Source of the DNA: Rhynchobatus australiae
Taxonomy: Eukaryota
Length of the DNA stretch: 64,000 bases
Direction of reading: 5' to 3'
NCBI GenBank assembly: GCA_034780895.1
Contig: JAUZTB010000127.1
Location: 74,581,254-74,645,253 of the forward strand
Position numbers and translations under genes: made by a program. Shown here in pieces: positions 38,221-50,920 of the stretch; the first letter of the stretch is position 1, and each line of letters starts with the position of its first letter. Below the pieces are notes generated by a model. That model had not been told where the DNA came from and ran no database searches. It saw nothing but the letters and a program-made list of their open reading frames with translations.

Positions 38221-40164
38221 TATGCTGCTTCCACAGTGCGCAGTCCCATGTGTGAATGATGTGGATATGCACAGGGGCATTCACAGTGATATCAAAATCT
38301 ATTTTGTAAGTAGTTTGGCATCACTTCCCCAAAATTCATTTCCACTTTCATGACTCATGGATGGCATCGATCACTCATACCAATGCAGACCTTAATTGAA
38401 GAGTAGAGGCCTCCTTCAGCATTAAGGGGACTTAATTTACCTGGGCCATATCAGAGTCTGAACCATCTGTTGTCACAAGTAGGTGTTTTTAATTGTTTCC
38501 CTTGGTGTTGTCCCATTTGCAGATGTTCTTTGAGCACCCAATCATGCACCCACACATGCCTTGCTACACTTTGGCTTGATCACATCCAATGCCCTCCCAC
38601 CCCACCCAACCACCACTGGCACCTAATCATGTCTGACTTGGCCACCCCAACATTTTACTCCTGATGCCCTATCTCCCTATTCCCATTGTTGTTCCATCTC
38701 TGATGTCTCTTTGCACAGATGCCCCTGACCCTTTGTCTCCAAGTACGACCCTACTCCCACCACCCTACTTCTGTTTACTCCCAAACCCCCCATAATACAA
38801 CGGCAGAGCCAGAGAATGAAAGGTTTTTGCTTGAGTTCAATTATGTATGGCATCTGTCCTTGCTTAGTCCAGTGATTTTAAATCCAACTGTAATGTCAAA
38901 ATGAGATCAAATAAGTAAATAAAGTTTGGGTGCTGGCACTGTGGCAGTACAGGGATAATGAAGGGCACTGCAGGGTAGCAGTGTAAAACCATTTTCACAA
39001 AAACAGTGACAGATGAGCTACAGCAATGTTTCAGTACATATCCATGCACTGCTTTCTTTTATGATTTCATTAATATTACTAATTATAGCAGCAAATTGAT
39101 CAGACTTTGATTTATTTTGGAGCTGGACGGGCCTTGAGACGAGATAAACAAGAGCTTTCTTCGATACAATTGCCTTACCTTACTCATAGCATTCCTCTCC
39201 TTCCTTCTCTTTTCTTTGCATCCATTTCCTTTCTTCATATATATTCACTTTCCTTTACTTCTGTTTCTCCCTCATTGTCATCGATTCCCCCTTCCTCCCC
39301 CTTTGTGTCACAGTCAGGGAGTCATACAGCACAGAAACAGGTCCTTCAGTCCACTGTGCTGCACATTGCACAATATGACACTAATCCCATAAAATTCCAT
39401 TTTGTTCCTCATTATCCACCTCTAAGTCCGACTCCAACCAGAGTGCAGTGGTTAATGGTCCACACAAGTTCCCTCAACCTCATTGTCACCCCTGCTACTA
39501 ATAGCATATTCTGGTTGTTGCTTGATACGGCTGAGAATGGTTATTTTTATTAAAGTTCCCACTATAGGGGAAGTTCCCACTATATGCCTGTGATTTCTTC
39601 CTCTGGAAACAGGATTGTAGAAGAAACCGTATTTGTCTGCACTGGGGTGGGAATGCAGTAGCTAAATAAATGAGGTCTGTGCTGATTTCTGTCAGCAAAT
39701 ATTGGTAGCTTAACTGAATCATTAAATGCTGTTTTCTGGTATGAAACATTTATGGTTTTTAGGTGTGGATCTATAAGAACCTTGCTGTAAAGGTCCAAGG
39801 GCTTAAGAAAGTGCTTCAACATGGGCTTTATCTGTCTGGGTGCCTACATCTTGCTCAGCTCTTGGCTCAGATAGGAAGCTTCCATTTCCATCTGATATAT
39901 AGCTACGCACCTTTGGGAAAGTTACACAGCATGCAGCACAAAGCTTTTGGAGATCTTATTTTCACTGTATTGTCAGATGCCCTCTAAATTTATGTAGTCA
40001 TTTGAGGGGCCATTTCAAAATGCATGGAGCACATTCATTCATGACTGTAATGATTTTATTATATTTTGTCCTCTGTTGCTGTTTTGTGGTTAACATACTG
40101 GTAATGTGGTCCAGGAATTTTGAGGATGGGACTTGATCTCCCATGAGTCAAAATCTGTTCATTT

Positions 40165-40225
40165 TGCCAAACTAGTTTAAACCCTCCCCAACAGCTCTAG
40201 CAAATCTGCCCGCAAGAATATTGGT
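40165..40225 (-). mobile_element. Isolated 61-bp piece encoding the end of CR1 ORF1
   Basis: Minus strand translates TNILAGRFARAVGEGLN*, the usual C-terminus of the CR1 ORF1 esterase. Confidence 0.7.
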
Positions 40226-40554
40226 AGTTCTGACACTGAATATGCTCCAATATTTGGAGAAGCACTACCCAGTGTGCAGAGAATTACACGAGAATAAAAC
40301 AAGATGGCTATTCACAAAGCTTGCATGATAGACCATGCCATTATGAATCCTGATTTTGAGTTAGAAATCAATAAACAGCAAATGCTGGAATATACAACAA
40401 ACTATACGGCATTTAAGTAAAATTAACAACACATTACATAGATAAAAAAGCTTGACCTGATCTTAACTGCCCTCTAAACATCACATTATTTCACCCTTTC
40501 AGAGAAATTCCCTTTCCCTATCTTATCTGTTATTTGGATCTTGTTTCTCTCTTA

Positions 40555-40655
40555 CTCAGTTCAGATGAAGAGTCCCAGCCATGAAACGTTAACCTTCTCT
40601 TCCACAGGTGCAGTCTAACCTGCTGAGTTTTTCTGCATTTTCTGTTGTTATTCCA
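40555..40655 (+). mobile_element. Penelope-like tail remnant
   Basis: cagttcagatgaagagtcccagccatgaaacgttaac...tccacaggtgcagtctaacctgctgagtttttctgcattttctg. Confidence 0.6.
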
Positions 40656-40822
40656 AACTTTGTTGTTGTTTGCATGTGTGTGTTGGTGAATTGAATGGTG
40701 CCATTACGATAAATGCCAGAGAATGAAGCAGGATGCTTCTTTCAGGAGTAAGTTTTCTTATCTTTCAAGAGATTATAGTCGTGTGTGTGGCTAGGTCATG
40801 ACTGCTAATGAAGATGACCTTG

Positions 40823-40908
40823 AGTTGAGGTATTGCAGTGCATTAATTGAACTTTCAGCTTGAAACATTTGGCTGAAAATTCAATTAATACACTGCAATA
40901 CCTCAACT
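40823..40908. repeat. Near-perfect inverted repeat (38-bp arms, 10-nt loop)
   Basis: 40823-40860 versus reverse complement of 40871-40908: 35/38 identical. Confidence 0.95.
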
Positions 40909-40944
40909 TTTACGTAAATGAAGCTGGCCATAATGATGCTTTAG

Positions 40945-41715
40945 ATTCCCGAGAATGTCATCTATAACTACTGCTGTTACGTTCTCCCTTATGAAAAAGG
41001 CAACACCCCCTCCTCACCTACCTGTACGTCTGTCACGCCTGTAGCATCTGTCTCCTGGAATATTGATCTGCCAGTCCTGGCCTTCTCTCAGCCATGTTTC
41101 TGTTATGGCTATAACATCCCAGTCCCCAGAGCCAATCCACACTCTGAGTTTATCCACTTTACCTATTAGTCATCATGCATTGAAATAAATGCACTTTAAA
41201 TGAGTATTCCTTTCCCTCCCTTCACTGTGCCCCTGGCTATCCTGATGACTGAACTTGCTCTCGCTGACTACTGCTTTATTCCATGACTTGCTCCTGCTCA
41301 GAGTCCTGCCTCGTTGATCCCTCTCTGGTTCAAGTGCAACCCAGCACTCTTGTACAGGTCACCTCTACCCCAGAAGAGATCCCAATGGTCCAAGAACCTG
41401 AATCCCTGCCCCCTGCACCAGCACCTCAGCCACGCATTCATCTGGCCTATCTTTCTATTTCTGACCTCGCTGGCATGTGGCGCCGGCAGTAATCCAGAGA
41501 TCACTAAATTCAAGGTCTTGCTTCTTATCTTCTTACCTATATTCATTCTGCAGTTCCTCCTCCCTTGTTCTACCTATGTCGTTTGTACCAACATGTACAA
41601 CGACCTCTGGCTGCTCGCCCTCCCGCTCAAGGATTTTCTGCAGCTGCTCAGAGACATCCTTGACCCTTGCACCCAGGAGGCAACACACCATCATGATGTC
41701 TCTTCTGTGGCCAGC
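40945..41715 (-). mobile_element. CR1 LINE internal fragment: ORF1 SGNH esterase plus ORF2 APE N-terminus (pseudogenised)
   Basis: VCCLLGARVKDVSEQLQKILEREGEQPEVVVHVGTNDIG; VISGLLP...NAWLRCWCRGQGFRFLDHW...GLHLN; then DVIAITETWLREGQDWQINIPG..YRRDR..GGGVA with stops and frameshifts. Confidence 0.92.
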
Positions 41716-41789
41716 TAGAGCATTGCTCAGTACTTGAAACTGCATTTGTTGATTAACTTTAATATAATACTTTAATGTTGTAATTTGTA

Positions 41790-42622
41790 CTGGTATATTA
41801 TTGTCACTTGTACCGAGGTACAGTCAAAAACTTGTCTTGAATACCGTTCATACAGATCAATTCATTACACGGTGCATTTAGGTAGTATAGGGTAAAAACT
41901 ATAACGGAAAACAGAATAAAGTGTCACAGCTACAGGGAAGTGCATTGCAGGTAGACAATAAGGTGCAAAGTCAGAACAAGGTTGATTGTGAGGTCAAGAG
42001 TCCATCTCATCGTATAAGGGAACCATTTAATAGTCTTATCACAGTGGAATAGAAGTTGTCCTTGAGCCTGGTGGTATGTGCCCTCAGGGTCCTGTATCTT
42101 CTGCCTGATGGGAGGGGGGAGAAGCGAGAATGACCCAGGTGGGTGGGGTCTTTGATTATACTGGCTGCTTCACCAAGGCAGTGAGAGGTATAGACAGAGT
42201 CCATGGAGGGGCTGCTGTTTTCCGTGATGTGCTGGGCTGTGTCCACAACTCTCTTCAGTTTCTTGTGATCCTGGGCAGAGCAGTTGCCATACCAAGCTGT
42301 GATACATCCAGGTAGGATGCTTCTATGGTGCATCGATAAAGGTTGGTGAGTATCAAAGGGGACATGCCACATTTCTTTAGCCTCCTGAGGAAGTAGAGGC
42401 GCTGGTGAGATTTCTTGGCCATGGTGTCTACATGGTTGGACCAGGACAGGCTATTGGTGATGTTCACTCCTGGGAACTTGAAGCTCTCAACCCTCTCAAC
42501 CNNNNNNNNNNNNNNNNNNNNNNNNNNNNNNNNNNNNNNTGACCAGCTCTTTTGTTTTGCTGACATTGGGGGGGAAAGGTTGTTGTCATGACACAATGTC
42601 AGTAAGCTCTCTACCTCCCTCC
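41790..42622 (-). mobile_element. Rex1/Babar 3' fragment
   Basis: VERVESFKFPGVNITNSLSWSNHV..KKSHQRLYFLRRLKK; ILPGCITAWYGNCSAQDHKKLKRVV...SGRRYRTLRAHTTRLKDNFY. Confidence 0.92.
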
Positions 42623-43604
42623 TGTTGAAGTTGTCACCTGTTTTCAGCCAGAGTTTGTTTCATCCAGTTTACTCTCCCCTCTCCTGGGATATGTTCACAG
42701 TGCATGAGAGCAGAAGTACTGCTCCGATCTGCTTAACTTCCTGAGCCTCCACCACCTGCTTTGTATCTTTCCTATCGTCATTGCCGATTGGATAACATAT
42801 TGCATTAGTTCACAATTTAGTCAGCTGTCACTGAAAGGATTTAATTGTTTCCAGATTTTCATGACTGTATTTTCTGTTGTTGTGAAGCTGCTATTTAGGC
42901 TAAAACTGATTTGCAATGTTTGGGTTCTGCCCTTCCAATGATATGTTAAACTGAATTCTCCAAACTTAGGTTGTTTATATGCTTCACAACGTGTAACAAA
43001 GAGCATACTTTTAACTAGTTTTAATATGTTGGCCTTCTAATTGTTCTAATCTGTTTAAAGTCAGCGGCAGTTCAGGTTCCTCAAGTAAATTTCCTGGGTT
43101 ATTGGCTGGGACCGGTAATGTAAATTCTGGGGAATGAAGCCAAAATTCCTCAGGATTTAATCTTGGCAGTTATATCAAGATTTGGCCTCCCAGTGGCCTG
43201 CAGCCCTGACCCTACAATGTTGCAGCAGTCAAGTACAAACTCCACAGAAACATGTTCTCTTATTTCTTCCCTACCCTTGGCACCTGGACATTTTGAAGTT
43301 AGTTTTCTGATTTGGGATTGGTGGCAATTGGGGGGTGGCCAGCCATTTATTCTCTTGGTCCCTGTGCACTTTAGTTAATCTTGATTTTTCTCTGTAAGCT
43401 TCTTCAGGGGTTGAGGTGAATTACTTGCCCTAGAGCTTAATGGGGCTGAATATGTGCACGTGGACATTGGCAGCTCCTGATATCGGTGAAGGTGGGAGGA
43501 GTTCAGGACAAGGCTGGGGATCTTGGTGGAAAGGAATATGTTTTAAAAATGTTCACAAGATCTCCTACCCAACAACCAACCAACCACATTGCGGACAGGT
43601 TTCA

Positions 43605-43890
43605 TAAAGTCATCCAACACAGTAGCTGGCCCTCAGGCCACCAGGTCCATGCTAACCATTGTACTTATCTATACAAGTATGGCCTTCTATGCCTTGGCAA
43701 TTCAAGTGCTTGTCTTGATAATTCTTAAATGTTGTAACAGTATCAGCATCCACTACCTCCTCAGGCAACATGTTCCACATTCCAACCACTTTCTGTGTGA
43801 AAAAAAAATTCCTCTCAGATCCCCTCTACTTCTCACCTTATACCTATGCCCTTTTATTTTTAGACACCCCCACTATAGGAAAAAGATACT
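43605..43890 (-). mobile_element. CR1 3' fragment
   Basis: tgttccacattccaaccactttctgtgtgaaaaaa and ttagacacccccactataggaaaaaga (reversed ORF2 C-terminus). Confidence 0.75.
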
Positions 43891-44279
43891 TACTTTCTAC
43901 CATATCTGTTTTCTGCATGTAGTCCAGATGAAGATTGTGGTCAGTGGGGAAGGGGGTGGGGGGATAGCGGAGGGACTGAGATTGGCAGGGACTGTGGGGC
44001 AGGTGGTGGTCATAGATAACGGAAGTGGAAGGTTGATCAATGCGCGAACCCCAGCAGAGGAAATGCCCAGCCTGCAATATTAGTTTGATTTCCCTTATAA
44101 GGGATGGGTAGAATTTATTTATCTGGTGAAGATATATCCAAACTCCCAACACAACCTGATTTCAATTGTTTCTCTCGGGTTCTGTTAGTCTTTCAACAGG
44201 CGATATATTGAGAGCCTGGCAGAAGCTGCAAGGAGTTTGTTTATGAACAATAACTCTACTTTTAAATGCAATTAGGGAG

Positions 44280-45400
44280 GATTTAGCTAAGCTTTCGACA
44301 AGGTCCACATTTTAAACTAATTAGTGAAATAAAAAACCCATGGGATCCAAGAGAGAAGAAAGTTGGATCCAAAATTGACTCAGTGGCAGGGGAGAAAAAG
44401 GATTATGGCCAAAGGGTGTTTTTGTGACGGGAAGCCTATTTCCATTAGGGTCCCATAATGCTATGTCCTGTTTTACACATCAATGATTTAGACTTGAATG
44501 TAGATGCCATGATTAAGAAGGTTACAGAGCTTTTAAAAATTATGTGAATGGTTACTGGTAAAGATAAAAGCTGTAGCCTGCAGAAAGATGTTTAGATGGA
44601 CACAAAAATGGCAAATGGTGTGTGGTCCTCAGAATTTAGCAAGGACAAACAACGCAATGAAAACACAATGAATGGCAAGATACTAAGGAGTCTAGAGGAA
44701 CACAGAGAGGGATGTTGTGGTCCATATCCCTGAACACCACAGTAAAGTTAGCCATTCAGAATACTTGCCTTTATTAGTCAAGGCATAGGATGTAAAAGCA
44801 GACGGGATTATGCTTGAAATATATAACACTAATTAGGCCACAGCTAAACCACTGTGTTCAGTTCCAAGTGATTACATTACCAGAAGGTTATGATCGTACT
44901 AGAGACAGGAAACAGAAGATTTACAAGGCTGCTATCAGACTGGAGAATCTTAGCTATGAGGAAAGATGGGCTAGCCTGCAATTGTTTTCTTTAAATTAAA
45001 CATAGATGATGAAACATTTAACTAAAATGTACAAAACATTTAGAGGTCTATATACTGTGAATAGGAAGGATCTATTGCCCCGGGCATTGTGATCAAAACA
45101 AGATGACGCAGGTTTAACATAATTAAGAGAAGGATTAAGAGGAGAATTGTAAAGAATTTATTTCACATAGAGGATGGTGGGGATCTGGAACTCACTGCCT
45201 GAGAAAGCACTGGAGGCAGAAACACAAATATTCATCCATTAACTCAAATGCTTTAAAATATCATTTTTTATATGTAAGAAGTGCATTGATAAACAGAAGT
45301 TTCATGACATACAAGGCCACAGACCAAGAGTTGGAAAGTGAGATTAGATTGGTTCTTTTAGGCTAGCAATGGACATGATAAACCAAATAGCTTCAACTGA
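44280..45400 (+). mobile_element. Decayed CR1 RT to 3' end
   Basis: gatttagctaagctttcgacaaggtccac (DF.KAFDKVP remnant); YITLIRPQLNHCVQF; SYEERW; gggatctggaactcactgcctg. Confidence 0.8.
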
Positions 45401-47689
45401 CCTCCAGTCTGACGATTCTTGATGAAGCATTTTACTGTTCAAAACAGAGACTTCGTAAAATCTTAAAATAAACCAGTTTGAAATTCATGAAGGAGGAACC
45501 AGTTTAAATTTCAAGAAAAATCTTAGATTTATTAGCTTGTCAAGTAAGTAAAACATTTATTACTGTGAAGTAATTTATAAAGGATTAAGTTTGTGTTTTA
45601 TGTTGTAAAGGGACAATTTTAAATTAGTCTCTGAAATGAGGGCTAGGTCAGTATAGGATGTTACAAGCATTCATTTCCCACCCACAATGAGGTGAGGGCC
45701 TCGTTAACTTGATGCCAGTGGAATGCTAATGTCTCCCTTCAGCTTCAAAGTTCGGAGATGGTGGAGAATTGACCACTTCCAATGCTAAGTCAAATGATAG
45801 GAGCAGGTAAGCATTGCATCCTCTTCCCACAACCATCCTAAAACAAAATTGTTTCCTGAATAGTCAATGGTGATCCCTTTAAGAGCCATTGATTCAGCCC
45901 TCTGGCACAAACAGCTGGAGTGTCCATGCAGAAGCAGTAGAGTGTGGGCTTCAATCTATACCATAGGTAATGGGAATGGAAAGACCCTCTAAAGTTATAT
46001 CTTAATTTGTATAAAGATAAATTACAAACAAGCAGAAATGCATCATTGGGGCCTTTCAAATTGTCTGGGTCGCTACTGTCCCATCATTCCCATGTTCCAA
46101 TGACAACGTACCATGCCTTACTCCACAACATATTGAGCTGGTAGCAACCTTTCAATCTGGTAGCTTAATTTTCCCTGGTAAATTCGAATGATGCTGGGAT
46201 CTCAGAATTATTGCAGCTATTTTGCTCAACCAGTNNNNNNNNNNNNNNNNNNNNNNNNNNNNNNNNNNNNTAACCAAAAGGATTTGTCCTTGATTTCTGG
46301 GTATGTTACTGAAGGTTACTGGGATCTCAAAGTATTGAAAAGTTAGCATTCACCCATAAGTTGTAAGTTTAGAAAACACCCAAAATTCCAACAATACAGT
46401 TATTGTATGTAGGAGAGAGAGGGACATAGTGGATTTATCTTGCTGTCTTGCATCTGACACCTCATTTCAAATCGTATAACATGGATTGAAAATCCTCTCC
46501 GCTCCTTGCACATTTAAAGTAATCTCAGTTCAGTTCCTAAACAGAGGTGAAGACTGTTTTACCTTCAATTTGATCATCAATTAATAGCAGTCTAATTCTA
46601 TGAGATCACAAGAATGGCTTTTGTGAGAACTGGGAATATTGCAGTTGTGCAAAAGACATTGTTACTGTGAAGGTAATATGAAAAGAGATGTATTCTGTAT
46701 TAAACCCATGCTATACATGACCAGGAAGTGCTCAAAGTAACAGCTCACATGGACCCATGATCTGCACTTAATCTGTGCTCCACCTTGCCTGGTTGGCTTG
46801 ACTTGATAGATGCAGAGAGACTTTTATTCTTATTTGAGCTAACTGCCCAGACTTTGGAGTACTTATTGGATCTGTGCGGTTACAATATTATTCTGCATCT
46901 GATCAGAAGTACTTGATCAAATAATCCTTATTCTGTAGTACACATGAGAGTCAGTATATCTATAAAATCAACTGTGGATAGCATATGGTATGAATTTCAT
47001 TTCATTTTTGTACCAGCCAACTGGGGATTGACTGCTGTCACTGAAGCACATTTCACTGGTAGATCTACCTCTGTTACTTGCCTCATTAAGCAGCAGCACC
47101 AAAAAGCTTCTATACACTACAGAATTATTCTGTATTCAGCCAATTAAATCTCCATCATTTTAAACATAAAACTTTACAGCTCAGGGAAGTACACTGGTTG
47201 CCCACAGTCCAATACTGCAGACTGCTGATTCCTTACAGGGCTCTTGCTCCTGAGTCCAAACATTCACAGGCCTTTTAAAAAAGACATTTGCTTGAGGTAC
47301 GCACCGCACATTGCTGCACTGGAAAGCTGGCATGAGCCCTCCCTCAGCAGGCACCTCATAGCTCAGTGGGGAGTGAACTACCGAAGCACTGTGCAGAAGT
47401 TGCCTGTGAGGCTGGTGAAAGGCAGGCAGTGTTGCTGCTGAGTGTTGAGATGTGTTGACAAACCACCTGGATATTAAAGTTTCTCTCATCACTTTCTGTT
47501 AGATGTGAAGGAAGCTGTCGTGTTTTTGCGTGGTGCTACAGCTCTTTGGAACCAGCATGGGAATCAAAAAGAGACCAAATTGACTTTTTGCTAAAATCTA
47601 CGTATATGAGACATTCCTTCCTGCAATATTTATTCCCTCTTTGAGAAAAAGGTCAACATTTCATTAATCTTTACACATGGATATCTAAA

Positions 47690-47925
47690 TGTTTTTACTC
47701 CTCTGAAGCTTGCAATTTTTCACAGATAAGAACATTTTCTGATTACTCTTTCTTTATTTCAAAACATGAGCTTACACTTTGCCACATCAAATTCCATCTG
47801 CCATTATTTTGTCCGCTCGCTTAGTCTGTGTCCCTCTGTAGCTAACTGTTTCCATCTGTGCAATTTACTGCTCCTCTCAACTCAGTGTAATCTGCAAATT
47901 TGGCTCCATAACTCGCTATTCTGAT
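47690..47925 (-). mobile_element. Decayed CR1 RT fragment
   Basis: cttacactttgccacatcaaattccatctgcca and gtgtaatctgcaaatttgg (reversed KFAD motif). Confidence 0.55.
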
Positions 47926-49284
47926 GCAAAATGTAAACTATAGCCAGTCCTTGTCTTCATTAGACAAAAAAACATCCTTGTCTTCCAAAAAATTGGTGAA
48001 ACTGTGCAAAAAGTGCTCTGGTGAAATTCATTTTTATGAGACTATTAAAGGATAATAATTTTGGAACTATTACTTGGGTCATGAAGCACTGAAGTAATTT
48101 TTCAAGATGAGAACTTAGATTAACTCTGGACAATGTTTGGACTGCATATATTCAAAGACATTAATCACCCTAAGGATTGGAGATGAACTCTTTAAAAAGA
48201 AAAATTTGGAGACTTAGAATCCCACAATAAACAAGTCTATTACAGATGAAAAATAATCCATGTGTAAATCAGGTTCATTACTCATGACTGAATATTGGGA
48301 ACAGTGCTTCAATGTAAATTGGCTATTCCAGTCTAATGATGCCAATTTGAGCTACTTCAGTTCTTAATTGCTTGCTTCTATGGATGTAGGAAAGCACTAA
48401 AGAATTTTAAATATTGCAATAAGCATCATGTAATTGGTGTGACTAATCCTCAAATAATCCATGACTGCTTCTTACCCTGTCTGAAACATAGTCACTTTCC
48501 ACCTAAATGTATGACAAAAGTTTATGTGATGAGAATCTCATGCATGGTAAACAAGGCCATGGAGTTTGCTATCTGAAATCTATCAGAGACATAACTGGGC
48601 CATGAAGTACAGCAACTAACTCTGAAAGATGAGAATTTAAACTAACTCCAGGCATGACTCAGATTGCACATTTCCACCAACATTAATCACCCCAAGTTTA
48701 CAAAAGCCTGAATATGCCTACAGTCTTGTGAGAAACAAGATGTTATATGTAAATGTTTCTTATTTCATACATACAATTGTGATTGCCTTGTAATCATCCC
48801 AGAGAACTGAAAACCGATTATTCTGCATTAATCTGTGAAAGAAAATAGTGTAAATCTCCATCATTAATCAATAAATGCAATTAAAGCACAACTTTGAGTA
48901 AACGACATGTGCTCCTGGTCAAGGAGATTCATCTGTCCAATGTTCTACTATCAATGCAGCACTGGTTTTGAAGGAAGCAGACTTCATTTCTGAGTCATTA
49001 GGTCACATAATCCCAGGTTGATGTCCAGTGCTGAAGTGTAGGGGTACTGTGCCAATTCTATGAAGTAGACAGTCACAGTCAAAAGTGACTGCTAAAAATC
49101 CAGCACTGCTAGTCACGTACAGGAATTGATTGTTGTCCACACTTCAACCACAGTTCAATACCAGAAATAGGATGGATTAGATGGTTATTCATCTCAAAGC
49201 TGTTTGTCGAATTGTGCCACTGCTGAATGTATTTGCATAACTATTTCTAGGTTAGAAAAGAATGTGGAGCTCTGAAACATTAGA

Positions 49285-49635
49285 AAGATCATAAAAATCA
49301 TATGGCATAGAAAGACCATTCAGCCCATTATACCTGTTCTAGCTCTGAAACATGCAAACAATTCATGCTATTTCCCTGCTCTTTGCCCATAACCCTTCAG
49401 ATTATACTTTTTAAGCAAACATCCAATTATTTTTTTAAAGTTGCTATACAATCCTGCTTTCAAAACCATTTAAGGCAGGGAAGTCTACATTATAACAACT
49501 CACTGAGGTTAAAAGATAAATCCATCATCTTCCTAGACTTTCTTTTGACAATTATCCTAAATCTGTGCTTTTTGGTTGCTGTCCCTCCTACACAGAAATA
49601 TTTCTCACTGTTTACCTATCAAAACCACTCAATAA
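49285..49635 (-). mobile_element. Decayed CR1 3' fragment
   Basis: Reversed tail atcataaaaatcatatggcatagaaagaccattcagcccat followed by reversed ORF2 end. Confidence 0.6.
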
Positions 49636-50804
49636 TGCAAGCCATTATTTATTTATATTACTTGCCCAACACAGCTGGTCCAGCTTTCAACTATAAACTC
49701 CTTTGGTGCAGTGGGACCAATAATTCAGCTAAAAAGCCAGGCCACCTGTCCTACCCCACATGCTGGATATAAATGGGCTGATCTCCCTGAATAATGTGAG
49801 GTCAAATTATTTGCATATTTTTCCCAACATTCTAAGAGGAACAGGGCAGCAATGTCAAGGCAATTTGAGCAAAAACAAGAAAATCCTAGATACTTGTGGT
49901 GCACTTTGTACTTTCAGAATCAAATTTTAAAATGCCTTTGATGAATATTAGCACAGCATGTTCTTACAGACTTTAATCCCCCATGAGCAAGGAGATAATG
50001 TTATAAAGAGCAAGAGAAGAAAAGGCATGAATCTTCAAAAAACAAGCCAGTTACAATTGAAAAATCATCTTTTGTGTGCATAAGTTTTAAAATCCTCAAG
50101 TATTTAGGTCTGGTCTTGGGTGGCATGTGTTCTTTACCAGATGTATCAGTCTGCATGAGATAAAGAACAGGACAAGCAGCAGGAAGAAGCACCAGAAAAA
50201 GAAATAACAATGTCTGTGCTTTATTTATATGCAGGTCCCATCCAATACCCATTCCAAAGGGATTTTGTTTATCTGGAGTGCTGGTCTGGTCGCAGAGTCA
50301 TGTTATCAAGTGGATGCCTCATTTGGATACCACAATGAGCCTGAATGAGAATACACTTGGTCATAGGCAGTAGTGCATAGTGGAAGATAATGAAGCAACA
50401 GACTATTGCTTGCGCCTGTTTTCCTTTTTCAATGAAATAAATTAAAAGGGAAATCAGGAGTTGAAGAACCAGCTAACTATTCAGTATTGCCAATTTTTTA
50501 TTACCATTCAGGCCAATTTGTTTGGGATGTAAACTTGTACACTGGATCCCTGCTTCTTTTACACAAAGATGTATTGAGTATGCAGACTGCCCAGTGAATT
50601 TGGGGCACTTCACCACTGAATACTAACCGCTGTAAGTATATAGCTGAAATATCAAAAATCACAAATAAGCAATTAAAATGTTACACTCAGGAGCTTTGTG
50701 CTATCAGTTGGAAATCCATGCTTCTTTCCTTCTGGGATTAGGTATCTCTCTTATTTTGCTTTTGTGGCTTTGCAAAATCAGACTTTGAGTTGGTCTTTTT
50801 CCAA

Positions 50805-50920
50805 TGGGGCTTGTGAGACTTCACTATGTCCAAGTTGCTTGCTGCATTTCCCAACAAAAGTAACTACCAGTCCAGTATTTAATTTTGTGAAAGGCACTAT
50901 ATAAATGCATGTCCTTTTTC
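50805..50920 (+). mobile_element. SacSINE1/DeuSINE-like 3' tail
   Basis: gctgcatttcccaac...gtgaaaggcactatataaatgcatgtccttttt. Confidence 0.55.

Noticed and set aside
40826-40847. let-7-like start UGAGGUA in the hairpin
   Set aside because: Only 7 nt match and position 8 onward differs; not called as let-7.
47359-47369. tRNA A-box-like TAGCTCAGTGG
   Set aside because: No B-box or cloverleaf follows; not a tRNA gene.
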